Below are positions 36,467 through 50,516 of a stretch of 64,000 bases of DNA, one piece after another (positions within the stretch are counted from its first letter, which is position 1; each line of letters begins with the position of its first letter). The position numbers and the translations under genes are program-made. The notes under the pieces were generated by a model that made no database searches, had not been told where the DNA came from, and saw only the letters and a program-made list of their open reading frames with translations. This DNA is from Octopus sinensis. Taxonomy: Eukaryota. The DNA is taken from NCBI RefSeq assembly GCF_006345805.1, contig NC_043022.1, positions 6,262,001-6,326,000 of the forward strand, read 5' to 3'.

Positions 36467-37321
36467 GAAAAATACAAACTGGGACAAGAACGTAAAACAT
36501 TTAGAAGACGATACAAAAAACACGGACGGGACATTCGAAGACTTCAATCTTCAGTCAAGAACCGGATCATCCTAGCAATTTCGGCTGATTAATCTTGAGA
36601 TCGCTCCGATCCAGCCAGCCCCAAGGAAAAACTAAGCTAGGAGCATTAGATTTCTTGGAAAAAGGATCGAATGTATATGAAACAGGGACAGAAAAACAGA
36701 CGATGCCACACGAATATAAAATACAAAAAACAATAATGGTAAAAACAGGACAAAAACAGCGAGTGTCTTACGACTAATAGACAGTACAACTTAGTTTAGC
36801 TGGCGTATTTGGAAAAAAATACCTTTTTTGGCAGACGAAGACAACGATCTTCTCATGGCGCTGGTTAGAAGCCGAAAGGCTGGTTGACCAGCGGTCACGT
36901 GAGAGAAGAGAGAGAAAAGAAAGGGGGCAAAGGAATCAAAGAGAGAGAGAAAAAGAGGGACGAAGGCAACAAAGGGGGGAGAAGAGAGAGAAAGAAGGAA
37001 TTAAAGAGGGGAGAAGAAAGAGAGCGTGCCAAGGATTGGCTTGGCGACAGAATCAGTGAGGTGCAAAGTGAGAAAGACAGAGAAATGTGAGAGAGTGGAG
37101 GAAGAGGAGACCAAAGAATCAGAGGCAAGAAAAGAGAAAAGGAGGAGGAGAAGTAGAGAGAGAGAGAGAGAGGGAGAGAGAGAGAGAGAGAGAGAGAGAT
37201 CAAAGTAGAGTGCAAAGTGTGAAAGGCAGAGAAATGTAGGAGAGAGAGACAGTGTTATAGAGTCGTACCAAATTTTAAAGGAATATGTACTTACATAAGG
37301 CCAAAGAGGGTACAGACGCCG

Positions 37322-37365
<44 letters not shown>

Positions 37366-37377
<12 letters not shown>

Positions 37378-37815
37378 GAGGATACTATTATTCATAGGTA
37401 CCGCACGCTAGGAGGGACCTTTGCAGTCAAAACTACTAAAATAAACAAATTTTACTGGATGCAAAACTTCAAAGCAAGTCATTTAAAAACAGAATTTAGT
37501 TACATATCACCTGTGATTTCGCAATCAATGCAGAATATGCAGAATATTCTGCATTGATATACAGGTGATATGTAACTAAATTCTGTTTTTAAATGACTTG
37601 CTTTGAAGTTTTGCATTCGGTAAAATTTGTTTATTTTAGTAGTTTTGACTGCAAAGGTCCCTCCTAGTGTGCGGTACCTATGAATAATAGTATCCTCTAT
37701 ATAATATAAATAAATATTTTCAAAGTGGAAAAATTTACAGAATTTTTCTCTTACGAGGTTTTTCACGCTAACTACTGATAATTTCTTTTAAAGATTTTAT
37801 CCTTAATTTTAAATT
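37366..37815. mobile_element. foldback element, about 165-bp arms around a 5-nt loop (37539-37543), plus extension
   Basis: 3 mismatches and one small bulge between arms; homologous to 34475-34886. Confidence 0.85.
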
Positions 37816-37900
37816 TATATATATATATATGAAAGACGAAGGCATATATATATATGTATGTATGTATATATATGTATGTATGTATGTGTGTTTGTGTATA

Positions 37901-37931
<31 letters not shown>

Positions 37932-38486
37932 GTGTGTGTGTGTACTTGTTCAGTTTAATTGGCTTCAATAAAATTCATAGTAAATATTTTTGTAAGAAAT
38001 ATTCCTGTTCAAAGTTTTACAACGGATATATCGGTTTGTATATTTCTGACATGTGTATATATGAACATATGTCTATGCATATATATATAAATGTGTGTGT
38101 GTAGATGTGTGTGTGTGTAGATGTGTGTGTGTGTGTATGTGTGTGTGTGTGTGCATGAGATTCTATATATTGGTGTATGATATATCAACAAATGTGTGTG
38201 CGTGCGTGTGAGAAAGAGAGAGAGAGAGAGAAAGAGAGATAGAAAGAAAGAAAGAGAGAGAGAGAAAAAGAGGGACGAAGGCAACAAAGGGGGGAGAAGA
38301 GAGAGAGAAAGAAGGAATTAAAGAGGGGAGAAGAAAGAGAGCGTGCCAAGGATTGGCTTGGCGACAGAATCAGTGAGGTGCAAAGTGAGAAAGACAGAGA
38401 AATGTGAGAGAGTGGAGGAAGAGGAGACCAAAGAATCAGAGGCAAGAAAAGAGAAAAGGAGGAGGAGAAGTAGAGAGAGAGAGAGA

Positions 38487-38518
<32 letters not shown>

Positions 38519-38640
38519 TCAAAGTAGAGTGCAAAGTGTGAAAGGCAGAGAAATGTAGGAGAGAGAGACAGTGTTATAGAGTCGTACCAAATTTTAAAGG
38601 ATATGTACTTACATAAGGCCAAAGAGGGTACAGACGCCGC

Positions 38641-38672
<32 letters not shown>

Positions 38673-38685
38673 ATATATTATATAT

Positions 38686-39133
38686 ATATATTATATAGAG
38701 GATACTATTATTCATAGGTACCGCACGCTAGGAGGGACCTTTGCAGTCAAAACTACTAAAATAAACAAATTTTACTGGATGCAAAACTTCAAAGCAAGTC
38801 ATTTAAAAACAGAATTTAGTTACATATCACCTGTGATTTCGCAATCAATGCAGAATATGCAGAATATTCTGCATTGATATACAGGTGATATGTAACTAAA
38901 TTCTGTTTTTAAATGACTTGCTTTGAAGTTTTGCATTCGGTAAAATTTGTTTATTTTAGTAGTTTTGACTGCAAAGGTCCCTCCTAGTGTGCGGTACCTA
39001 TGAATAATAGTATCCTCTATATAATATAAATAAATATTTTCAAAGTGGAAAAATTTACAGAATTTTTCTCTTACGAGGTTTTTCACGCTAACTACTGATA
39101 ATTTCTTTTAAAGATTTTATCCTTAATTTTAAA
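38686..39133. mobile_element. foldback element, duplicate of 37366-37815
   Basis: lies in the second unit of the tandem duplication. Confidence 0.85.
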
Positions 39134-39217
39134 TTATATATATATATATGAAAGACGAAGGCATATATATATGTATGTATGTATATATATGTATGTATGT
39201 ATGTGTGTTTGTGTATA

Positions 39218-39248
<31 letters not shown>

Positions 39249-39435
39249 GTGTGTGTGTGTACTTGTTCAGTTTAATTGGCTTCAATAAAATTCATAGTAA
39301 ATATTTTTGTAAGAAATATTCCTGTTCAAAGTTTTACAACGGATATATCGGTTTGTATATTTCTGACATGTGTATATATGAACATATGTCTATGCATATA
39401 TATATAAATGTGTGTGTGTGTAGATGTGTGTGTGT

Positions 39436-39471
<36 letters not shown>

Positions 39472-39589
39472 ATGAGATTCTATATATTGGTGTATGATAT
39501 ATCAACAAATGTGTGTGCGTGCGTGTGAGAAAGAGAGAGAGAGAGAGAGAGAGAGATAGAAAGAAAGAAAGAGAGAGAGAAAGAAAGAA

Positions 39590-39621
<32 letters not shown>

Positions 39622-40467
39622 AAAGAAAGAAAGAGAGAGAGAGAGAGAAAGAAGAAAGAGAGAGAGAGAGAAAGATAGAGAGAGGGAGAAAGAGAGTGTG
39701 TGTGTGTGTGTGCACAAGATTCTATATATTAGTGTATGGTATATGAACAAATGTGTGTGTTTGTGATCGTGTATATACACCTGTGCATGTATATATACAC
39801 ACCTGTATACTCATATGTGTGTGTTTCGTCAGACCAATGATCCCCTTCTGAGCGATTGATCAGTCATTGGTTAATAGATCAGTTTGTAATTAAGTCAAAA
39901 CTCCCCAACTCACGCTTCTCTTTTACGCCTCTTTGAATTAATCAAACGCAATAACGAACCAATTATAAATTCATAAATGATTGCTTTCTGAATTTTATCA
40001 CCCAATTTCCTCCAGAAATTCGCCTCCATCTTCTTCAAATTGTTTTTATTTTGATTTGTTTTTTTTTTTTTTTTATCCTCTCTCTTCTTTTTATTTGTTG
40101 TTTTCTCAAAGCCATTGGTTCCTGTAAGAATATTTAGCTGTTGCTTTAGTTAACCATTCCTTGCTCCAAAACCATTCTGAAGACAAAGTAAGGGGAAGAT
40201 TCTAGCAAAGAAGTAAACATCCACCCACACATATATACACACACACACAAATCCTCCACCGTCACAACCACCAAAGTGTACCATGCTTCCCACCACCACT
40301 GCCACTGCCAGCACAATATTGTTTATCTCCATCCCTGCCCACCACCCCCTACCAAGGTACACATCAAATGGATTGTTGCTGCTTCACTGGAGTTTGTTGC
40401 TTTTTACAGTGTGGATGTAGGTGGAGGAGGAGGAGGAGTGAGAAGTTTTTAAAAGATTGGTGGCGCT

Positions 40468-40974
<507 letters not shown>

Positions 40975-40975
<1 letters not shown>

Positions 40976-41358
40976 TTCAAATTTTGGTACAAGACCAGCA
41001 GTTTTGGGTAAGGAGGTCGATTATTTTATTGACCCCCAAAAGAGGATGAAGGGCAAAGTCGATTTCAGTAGTATTTGAACCCAGCATGTAAAGATGGAAT
41101 AAATGCCACTAAGCATTTTGCATGGTGTGATAACAATTCCAGCAGCTCACAGCCTTCTTGATAATAATAAAAGGTTGGTAATTTCAAAGGAGGTGAGGAC
41201 GAGTCGATTACATCGACCCCAGTATTCAACTGGTACTTATTTTGTCGACCTTGAAATGATGAAAAGCAAAGTCGATCTTGGCAGAATTTGAACTCAGAAC
41301 ATAAGGGTGGATGAAATGCCAGTAAGCATTTTGTTAACAATTCTGCCAGCTTACCACC

Positions 41359-41360
<2 letters not shown>
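40975..41360 (-). mobile_element. two tandem Meta-like SINEs (40975-41160, 41171-41360)
   Basis: colinear copies separated by (AAT)n. Confidence 0.85.
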
Positions 41361-41399
<39 letters not shown>

Positions 41400-43505
41400 T
41401 ATATACCTAAAACCGAAGACACAAAAAACCCAAAGAATTACCGGCCAATAACATGTCTCAACACCACCTACAAAATCCTCACATCCATAATAACGGAGAA
41501 AATGTACGCTTTCCTTGAACAAAATTCTATCCTTCCACAAGCTCAAAAAGGTTGTAAAAGAAACTCTTATGGGTGCAAAGACCAATTGGTCATAAACAGA
41601 ATGATTGTAGAGAATTGCCGGAGCAAAAACAAAAACCTGAGTATGGCATGGATAGACTACAGGAAAGCGTTTGACAGTGTCCCACATAAATGGATACTCA
41701 AGGCCCTTGAGATATACAAGATCTCTCCTGTCGTCTCAAAATTCTTACAGAATAGCATGACCATGTGGAACACATGTCTCTTGCTAAGCCATAGTAATGG
41801 GATGAGCCAGTCCAACAGCATCAACATCAAACGAGGCATCTTTCAAGGTGACTCCCTCTCTCCATTACTTTTTTGCATGGCACTGATCCCACTCTCAAAC
41901 GAATTGGATAGTACCAGATATGGGTACAAAGTTTTTAGTAAGTCAATAAACCACCTTTTCTATATGGACGACCTAAAGCTGTTTGCCAGGAATGACCAAG
42001 AGCTAGAAGGGCTGCTAACGACTGTTAAAGAGTTTAGCAATGATATCGGAATGGATTTTGGCCTTGATAAGTGTGCTAAAGCAACTTTTGTAAGAGGCAA
42101 TCTCAGGCAAACAGCTTCTGTTAAATTAGATATTGACACTACCATCAAGGAACTTGACCCACAAGAAAGTTACAAATACCTAGGAATCAACGAAGGAGAT
42201 GGTATACATCATGCTACTATGAAGGAAAAAATAAGAAAGGAATACTATAGGAGAATAAGGCTTGTACTGAAGACTGACCGCAACTCCAAAAATTGCATTG
42301 AGGCCATTAACATCCTGGCACTTCCAGTAGTCCAGTACAGTTTTAACAGCATTAACTAGAACCCTACGGAACTCCAACGCTTGGACAGGAAGACAAGAAA
42401 ATTACTGACATCCAAGAACATGCACCACCCTAAGGCAGATGTAGACCGCCTGTACCTACCTAGAAGCAGCGGGGGGAGAGGAATGATGCAATTAGAGCTG
42501 TGCTATAAGACCTCTACTGTAGGGAGGACAAAGGACTGGATGCTGCGACTTGTGTGCGAACACGAAAGCACCAAAAATCTGCATTATATTGTCAAGGAAG
42601 CTTATAAGTTCAAAAGGGAACTAGACATTAACCTTGAATCAGATGAAGAGCCGGAAACCACTGCTACCAAGCAACAACCCATCAGTGGCTGAAGAGTTCA
42701 GGATTGAAAGCAGAGACTGAAGGCTTTATACTGGCAGCACAAGATCAAAGCTTATTTACCAGAAATTACCAGGCTTATGTTCTCTGAAACGGTACTGACA
42801 CATTTGACGAAACAATAGACCATCTCGTTTCCAGATGTCCTGTGCTGACACCAAACGAATACAAAAATCGCCATGATAGGGTAGGACAGTATATACATTG
42901 GAAGATATGTAAACACTACAAATTCGGCACTCCTGCTAACTGGTATGAACATCATCCTCAGCCAGTTGTTGAAGGTAAAAATGTCACCATCCTCTGGGAT
43001 TTTCCAGTCAACACTGACAGAACGATCAAGGCTAATTGACCAGACATAATTGTTAAAGACAGGGAAGAAAATACCTGCAGACTAATAGAGGTAAGCATCC
43101 CCACTGATAAAAATATATCTGTAAAGGAATTTGACAAACTTAGTAAATATAAGGACCTGGAAATTGAAATACAAAAGATGTGGAATCTTAAAACAAAAAC
43201 TGTTCCTGTTATTGTAGATGCCCTAGGTATGATAAAAAAGGGATGTCAGAAACACCTAGACAATATCCCTGGAGAACCATGTCTCAAGGAAATCCAAAAG
43301 ATTGTGCTAACAAGTACTGCCCACATCCTTAGAAAAACCCTATCAATGTAAATGTTTGTGTTGTATTACATGGAGATATTTCTCTACTTCCCCTCCCCAA
43401 GCTTTCAGCTATATTTCAACAACTCTTAACCTTCACTTGCCCTAGGGTGCTGGGTGTGCCCCGGCAAGTGATTGCATCAAACATGCAGATTAAAAGTAAA
43501 TGACA
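41400..43505 (+). pseudogene. 5'-truncated, decayed R4/Dong non-LTR retrotransposon (RT + CCHC remnant + REL endonuclease)
   Basis: NYRPITCLN, WIDYRKAFDSVPH, FQGDSLSP, YMDDLKL; AETEGFILAAQDQ, ETIDHLV..CP, PDIIV...KLSKYKDL; (AAT)n on both sides; stops and internal deletions. Confidence 0.9.
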
Positions 43506-43520
43506 ATAATAATAATAATA

Positions 43521-43989
43521 AGTTTTAAAACAAACATAATTTTCGTATGTTTTTTTTTAGACATTCACTAGTACAATACTAAATACAAAACCAAATATAT
43601 GGCACACTAGGCATAACAACAACATGAACTCCCAACCTGTTGTCTCTTGAGGTCTCTGGGTGAGACTTGGAGCCAACTTGTACAAATATAAAGCAAAAGT
43701 CAAACATATAATTATAATAATAATAAGACTAAAACAATACCTGTTGTCATAGGTGCCCTGGGAATGATAGCAAAAGGGGCTGATTGTTACCTAACTCAGA
43801 TACCAGGAAACCCCAAAATGGCAGAAATTCAAAAGATAGTGCTCATGGGAACTGCTCATATCCTACGCAAAATACTTTCTTTGTAATCTCAAGTTTTAAA
43901 ACAAACATAATTTTCATATGATTTTTTAGGCATTCACTAGTACAACACTAAGTACAAAACCAATTATATGGCACCCTAGGCATAACACT
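43521..43989 (+). mobile_element. dimer of second-family Dong 3' fragments
   Basis: same sequence and junction as 17198-18290. Confidence 0.85.
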
Positions 43990-44013
43990 AATAATAATAA
44001 TAATAATAATAAT

Positions 44014-44444
44014 AGTTTCAAATTTTTCCACAAGGAAAGCAATTTTGGGGGAGGGGACTAGTTGATTACATCAACCCCAATACACAAATGATACTTAATT
44101 ATCAACTCCAAAAGGATGAAAGTGGACCTCGGCAGAATTTGAATTCAGAACACAGGGAAGAGTGAAATACAACTAAGCATTCTGTCCAGTGTGCTAATGA
44201 TTCTGCCAACGCACCCCCTTAATGATAATCCTTTCTACTATAGGCACAAGGTCTGAAATTTGGTGCGAGGGGAGCCAGTTGATTAGATTGAACCCAGTAT
44301 GTAACTGGTACTTAATTTATCGACACCGAAAGGATGAAAGGCAAAGAGACCTCAGCAGAATTTGAACTCAGAGTGTAAAGATGAGCAAAATACCATTAAG
44401 TATTTTGCCTGGCATGCCAAAGATTCTGCCAGCTCACAGCCTCA
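44014..44444 (-). mobile_element. two tandem Meta-like SINEs (44014-44221, 44230-44444)
   Basis: colinear copies in AAT context. Confidence 0.8.
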
Positions 44445-44554
44445 ATAATAATAAGGCCATACCAACGTCCATCCTCTCAACAATTAGCCAGAGATGATTT
44501 TTAGAATGAAAATATCTGAAATAAACTCAGATATTGCTGTCACAAACGAGAATA

Positions 44555-44863
44555 CCTGGCACGTAAAAAGCACCATCCGACCGTGGCCATTGCCAACTTC
44601 GTCTGGTCCCCGTGCCGGTGGCACGTAAAAAGCACCATCCGATCGTGGCCGTTTGCCAGCCTCGTCTGGCACCTGTGCCGGTGGCATGTAAAAAGCACCC
44701 ACTACACTCACGGAGTGGTTGGCGTTAGGAAGGACATCCAGCTGTAGAAACACTGCCAGATCAGACTGGAGCCTGGTGCAGCCTTCTGGTTTCCCAGACC
44801 CCAGTTGAACCGTCCAACCCATGCCAGCATGGAAAGCGGACGTTAAACGATGATGATGATGAA

Positions 44864-44895
<32 letters not shown>
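44555..44895 (+). mobile_element. RTE 3' UTR fragment (family E)
   Basis: tandem units, aggaaggacatccagc, (GAT)n tail. Confidence 0.85.
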
Positions 44896-44897
<2 letters not shown>

Positions 44898-45104
44898 CCA
44901 ACCACTCTCAAAAATTAAGTCAAAAAACAGGAAAAATAATTCAGAATCCTTGTCCAGTACCATCTATCAGTTTGTGTCAGTCACAGGGCCAAACATCCCT
45001 GAAAGTTTCATCCAAATCCATCCAGCAGTTCTTGAGATACCTTGTCCATGGATAAACTAACAAACACGACTGAAATAATATCTCTGCCTTCGCTAAGGCG
45101 GACA

Positions 45105-45196
45105 TAATAATAATAATAATAATAATGATAATAATAATAATAATAATAATCAATAATAATGATAATAATGATAATAATAATAATAATAATATAATG

Positions 45197-45274
<78 letters not shown>

Positions 45275-45285
45275 TAATAATAATG

Positions 45286-45319
<34 letters not shown>

Positions 45320-45339
45320 TAATAATAATAATAATAATG

Positions 45340-45388
<49 letters not shown>

Positions 45389-45431
45389 TAATAATAATAA
45401 TAATAATAATAATGATAATAATAATAATAAT
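45105..45431. repeat. (AAT/GAT)n microsatellite
   Basis: direct inspection. Confidence 0.95.
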
Positions 45432-45580
45432 CCTTTCCATTCTAGGCACAAGGCCTAGAATTTAAATGGACGGGGCTCAGAGATTACATCAAACCCAATG
45501 CTCAATTGGTATTTATTTTATCGACCCCCCAAAATGATGAAAGGTAAAGTCGACCTTGGCAGAATTTGAACTCAGAACAA
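45432..45580 (-). mobile_element. Meta-like SINE, 5'-truncated
   Basis: taggcacaaggcctag tail, aagtcgaccttggcagaatttgaact. Confidence 0.8.
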
Positions 45581-45889
45581 ATAATAATATCAATAGTCTT
45601 GATGGTGCATACACCTAGCTGCTCCTGAAATTCCTCATGTGCCATTCTTGGGGCTGTGATCCCTCAACAGTCAACAAAACACTAGCATCTTTTTTTACAA
45701 CCATCTATCACTTAGGGGTACCTATGTCTGGCCCTTTCTTCAAATCAATACACTATTTGATTCAGCCCCTCTCGTTGTCAGTATTAAAACAAAAGGATAG
45801 GGTTTCTCTCTTTGAGTTAATATAGTGGTGGGCATCTTTACATGAAGGATTCCAAGCCCCTTTCTTACAAATATGATCTTACCTCAGTG

Positions 45890-46205
45890 AAGCCACATGG
45901 CTTAGTGGTTAGAATATTTGGGTTGTGATTGTACAGTCACGAGTTCAATTCCAAGTGTTGCGTTGTGTCCCTAAGCAAGATACTTGATTTCACATTGCCT
46001 CAGTCCACTCAGCTGGTAAATATGAGTTGTATCTGTAATTTCAAAGGGATCAGCTTTCTCCCATTCTGTATCAGTCAGAATCTCCCTGAGCACTACATCA
46101 AGAGTACCCGTATCTGTGGGGTACTCAACCACTTGCACATTAACATCATGAACAGGTTGTTTCTGTTGATCGGATCAACCAGAATTCTTGTCATCAGAAC
46201 CAACT
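45890..46205 (+). mobile_element. SINE family C (CORE-like body + C tail)
   Basis: tggcttagtggttag head, gagttcaattcc B box. Confidence 0.75.
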
Positions 46206-46419
46206 GAGTTCCAGTCTTACATCATCAGATGCCAAGTTACAAGAACCCTTGCCCCTTTTATCAACTCATATTCCTTCAGTTTTCTTGCAGATCCCCTCTG
46301 TGTGCGATCTCTGTAATTTGATTAGTTGGGTTATGGATATCTTTTGTCTAATTAGTTTTGCCAAATTTGGCTGAGTGCCGCTTCCCACGTTAAAACCAAG
46401 TCCAAATTAAGATTTCTGA

Positions 46420-46565
46420 TTTTGGTGTTAGGAAGGGCATCCAGCCGTAAAAACCCTGCGAAAACAGACAGGGAAGCTCGGTGCAGTCTTCTACCTAAGT
46501 CAACCCCTGTCAAACTGTCTAACCCATGCCAGCATGGAAAATGGACGTTAAATGAAGATGATGAT
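46420..46565 (+). mobile_element. RTE 3' UTR fragment (family E), short
   Basis: aggaagggcatccagccgtaaaa...ggacgttaaatgaagatg. Confidence 0.75.
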
Positions 46566-46686
46566 GATGGTCGTTATCATGATGATGAGGATGATGATGA
46601 CGATGAGATGATGATGACCATTTATTTATATATGAACACTACAATCATTGATTACCACTGGAGAGTCATGTATGGATGTCGTGTTT

Positions 46687-47895
46687 GGCTTAGAATTAGA
46701 TAACAACATAGTTGTGTAGTAAGAGGCAGGAAATCTCACATCCATTGCAGATAAACGTTTCTTTTTGACCTGTGGTCAAGCAATGACCAAGAAACCTATT
46801 CTCTCAGTAACTGCTAAACCCTCGACACTGATTATCCCAAACTTCTATATTTTTCGACCATATTTTGATGGGGAATTCATGGAAGCATCCACTGATAATA
46901 TGCTTGTAACTGAAATACTATTGGTCACAATTCAGGGAACGTCACTTGATATTATTTATGGTCTATTTCTTGTTACTGAGCTCTCTTTTACTCTTTTACT
47001 CTTTTACTTGTTTCAGTCACTTGACTGCGGCCATGCTGGAGCACCGCCTTTAATCGAGCAACTCGACCCCAGGACTTATTCTTTTGTAAGCCCAGTACTT
47101 ATTCTATCGGTCTCTTTTTGCCGAACCGCTAAGTGACGGGGACATAAACACACCAGCATCGGTTGTCAAGCAAAGCTAGGGGGGACAAACGCAAACACAC
47201 AAACACACACATACACATATATATATATACATATATACGACAGGCTTCTTTCAGTTTCCGTCTACCAAATCCACTCACAAGGCATTGGTCGGTCCGGGGC
47301 TATAGCAGAAGACACTTGCCCAAGATGCCACGCAGTGGGACTGAACCCGGAACCATGTGGTTGGTTAGCAAGCTACTTACCACACAGCCAGTGGTTTCAA
47401 TTCTAAGTCCTGCTACATGTCCAATAAACTGCACAGATACCAATTATCTGAAGCAAGGTTCCAGCCTGAACACCCCCACTGCATAGAACTTCCATGTTAA
47501 GGGCTCTAAAGCCAAAAGCATTTAGGGGGACACCCCTTTATGGAACTGAAAGCATAATTCCATGGTTTTAGTCATTAACCATTTACTTTGGCCCCTAATT
47601 TGATTTATAAAGTGATTCAACTCCCAAATACATGAGAAACTGGTAACCCTTAACATGGCTGTCAGGTACCCATAGAAAAGCCTGTTGAATATTTATGACT
47701 GGTCCCAATTGATTAGAGAACCACTATAGACAGATGAATGGGAATGCTAATCAGTGTAGATGCTTTAGCAGTTACTGAGAGAATAGGTTTCTTGGTCACT
47801 GCTTGACCACAGGTCAAAAAGAAACGTTTATCTGCTATGAATGTGAGATTTCCTGCCTCTCTCTACAAAAATATGTAAATATCTAATTCTAAGCC
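46687..47895. mobile_element. TIR element with about 130-bp TIRs, interrupted by a SINE
   Basis: 46722-46818 vs 47763-47860 reverse-complement with 3 mismatches; ggcttagaattagata at both outer ends; no TSD recognised. Confidence 0.75.
46983..47390 (-). mobile_element. SINE family A
   Basis: nested inside the TIR element. Confidence 0.9.
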
Positions 47896-48199
47896 ATGGT
47901 ATTGTCACATGTCATCTTGGAGTGATTAGAACATCAGAAAAACACAATCTTGTGTGAATTTATCAACCCTACCACCAGCCAATGCCAGTTTCTTAGCTAG
48001 AGACTTGACCAAAATCTATATTTCTGCACTTAACAGAATTATAGACTCCTAACTATGTTCGAGCAGAGTTTGTTTGTTCGATCCATTTAGGACCGTTTCT
48101 CCTTTGCTCAGTTCATCAATTGACTGTCTTCTGTGTTTGATGAAACAAAATGAAAAGAATGCCAGCCATTGGCTGAAGATGCTTCCCCACCTCAATTAC

Positions 48200-48520
48200 T
48201 TTTGCCCCGTGCCGGTAGCACGTAAAAACACCATCCGTTCGTGTCCGTTGCCAGCCTCGCCTGGCCCCCGTGCCGGTAGCATGTAAAAGCACCATCCATT
48301 CGTGGCCATTTGCCAGCTCTGTCTGGCACCTGTGCAGGTGGCACGTAAAAAGCACCCACTACACTCACGGAGTGGTTGGCGTTAGGAAGGGCATCCAGCC
48401 GTAGAAACACTGCCAAATCTGACTGGGCCTGATGAAGCCTTCTGGCTTCACAGACCCCAGTAGAACCGTCCAACCCATGCTAGCATGGAAAACGGACGCT
48501 AAATGATGATGATGATGATG
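48200..48520 (+). mobile_element. RTE 3' UTR fragment (family E)
   Basis: three tandem units, (GAT)n tail. Confidence 0.85.
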
Positions 48521-49228
48521 ACATAATTATTCTTGGTTAGTAAACTTAATGCAAGGAGAATTAAAAAGCTAAAAGCTAACACTAGTTTAAGCACAGTTTT
48601 TATCGTTAGGTTTACATGATATTCAGCAGAACAGATGAAAAGGACACATTTCTTGTGCATGAGAGAGATTGGGGATAAAGTGACAGAGTAAGGAAAAGGG
48701 ATTTGGGGAGAGGAAAGGGTTAAATTCGCTTGGTACTGTGTCCTGCAATTTACTGCTGTGAACATCAACTATTTACAATTCTGATAACTGATGAAACGGC
48801 CATAAATTTATATCAGGAGAAAATACTTTTATCCATAAAAATGTAATATTTTTATGTCTATCAAATACACACTTTCTTGTATTTTCTTAGAACTCTGTAA
48901 GAAACCATTTCCAGTTCTAAGAAGACAAAATATTTCCAAGGCTGGAAATTATAGCCATGGAACTGATCTTCTTTGGAATAGGTTACTTTAGATTAATTCT
49001 TTACCATTCGGAAATCTGCATTTAAAATTTGACCAGCGTAAGAAATCTACCCTGGTATTGTGTTTTTACCTCTCAAGACTAATTTCCATGTATTTTACTT
49101 GAAAAGGAGAAATACATAATAGAGTTGTGACTGAAGGAAGAAGAAATGGCAGCAACTTAAGATTCTTGTTTCTTTTTTTGCTTTTCATTATTTCTTTGCG
49201 CTCCTTTCACATCACTCGGAGAATTTAG

Positions 49229-49317
49229 CATTGGTGACATTTCAAAGAGACTTCTTCCCCGAGATTTATGTTGGACGGGGGGAAAATGGAGATAATCAAA
49301 GGATTAGCTGTGTACAG
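49229..49317 (+). CDS. candidate exon (phase 1 to 0): LVTFQRDFFPEIYVGRGENGDNQRISCVQ
   Basis: long pyrimidine tract 49163-49212, AG acceptor, CAG|GTGCTC donor (weak); phase fits the next exon. Confidence 0.3.
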
Positions 49318-49568
49318 GTGCTCAGACATTCATCGACCACCTGTAATCAAGTGCGATTATTCTTAAAAAATGCATCGTATCATTACGACTGTAATAACTG
49401 GACAAACTGTGAAGCCAGTGTTCAAACGACGATGACGACCCCAGCAGGATGATGGAGTGAGGGAGGGCGAAGGGGAGGGGGAGATGCTGCGTGTTAAGAA
49501 GCTGGGTGTGTTTGAATGTATGAATATATATACTGAAACATGTAATTATGTATGTTCATGATTATATA

Positions 49569-49622
<54 letters not shown>

Positions 49623-49709
49623 CATATGCATGTATAGATGTATGTAAATATGATACATATATAATATATATTTGCATACATATATATGCATATATTAATG
49701 ATATATATT

Positions 49710-49745
<36 letters not shown>

Positions 49746-49859
49746 TATATGAAAGAATGGAGTTGAACGACTAGTTAACAAATATCCTGATGTGAATTTG
49801 CTACCCAGGTATCGGTTATCTTTCAAATTATCCTTAATAAGATAATTCATTCAACTACT

Positions 49860-49898
<39 letters not shown>

Positions 49899-50104
49899 AA
49901 TAGTAGAGTGAAAAAACGACAAAAGGCTTGAATGTTAAAAAATATATATATTTGCATCAATATGTCTGAAGAATATTAGAAAATTTAAAAAAAAAATTTT
50001 TTTTCCTCTTATAATGACATAAATTAAAAGAAATACCAGTTTCGCGTGTAGCTTTTCAAATTTCTTGTGACGTTATGTTTATATTGCATGGAGTTATCGT
50101 TGTG

Positions 50105-50516
50105 TTCTGTGTGATAAGTAGCTTGCTAACCAACCACATGGTTCCGGGTTCAGTCCCACTGCGTGGCATCTTGGGCAAGTGTCTTCTGCTATAGCCCCGG
50201 GCCGACCAATGCCTTGTGAGTGGATTTGGTAGACGGAAACTGAAAGAAGCCTGTCGTATATATGTATATATATATATATATGTGTGTGTGTATGTGTGTT
50301 TGTGTGTCTGTGTTTGTCCCCCTAGCATTGCTTGACAACCGATGCTGGTGTGTTTACGTTCCCGTCACTTAGCGGTTCGGCAAAAGAGACCGATAGAATA
50401 AGTACTGGGCTTACAAAGAATAAGTCCCGGGGTCAATTTGCTCGACTAAAGGTGGTGCTCCAGCATGGCCGCAGTCAAATGACTGAAACAAGTAAAAGAG
50501 TAAAAGAGTAAAGAGT
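50105..50516 (+). mobile_element. SINE family A
   Basis: colinear, first ~15 nt missing. Confidence 0.9.

Larger units (their letters stand above)
36941..39580. repeat. tandem duplication, period about 1320 bp
   Basis: unique sequence near-identical between units; differences mostly in microsatellite length. Confidence 0.9.

Noticed and set aside
36525-36570. Hammerhead CTGAAGA…CGAA on the minus strand
   Set aside because: GAAA is incomplete, stem II does not close, and GAAGA/TCTTC forms a competing hairpin.
34586-37565. Flip/flop isomers of the hairpin centre between the 34- and 37-kb copies
   Set aside because: Independent deletions in one arm of each copy explain the asymmetry more simply.
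41307-41399. N-terminus MDEMPVS…poly-N of the 350-aa ORF
   Set aside because: Comes from an antisense SINE and (AAT)n; the Dong sequence begins at about 41400.
48891-48981. Candidate exon ELCKKPFPVLRRQNISKAGNYSHGTDLLWN
   Set aside because: Good acceptor but weak donor, and its phase (1 to 2) does not join the downstream exon chain.
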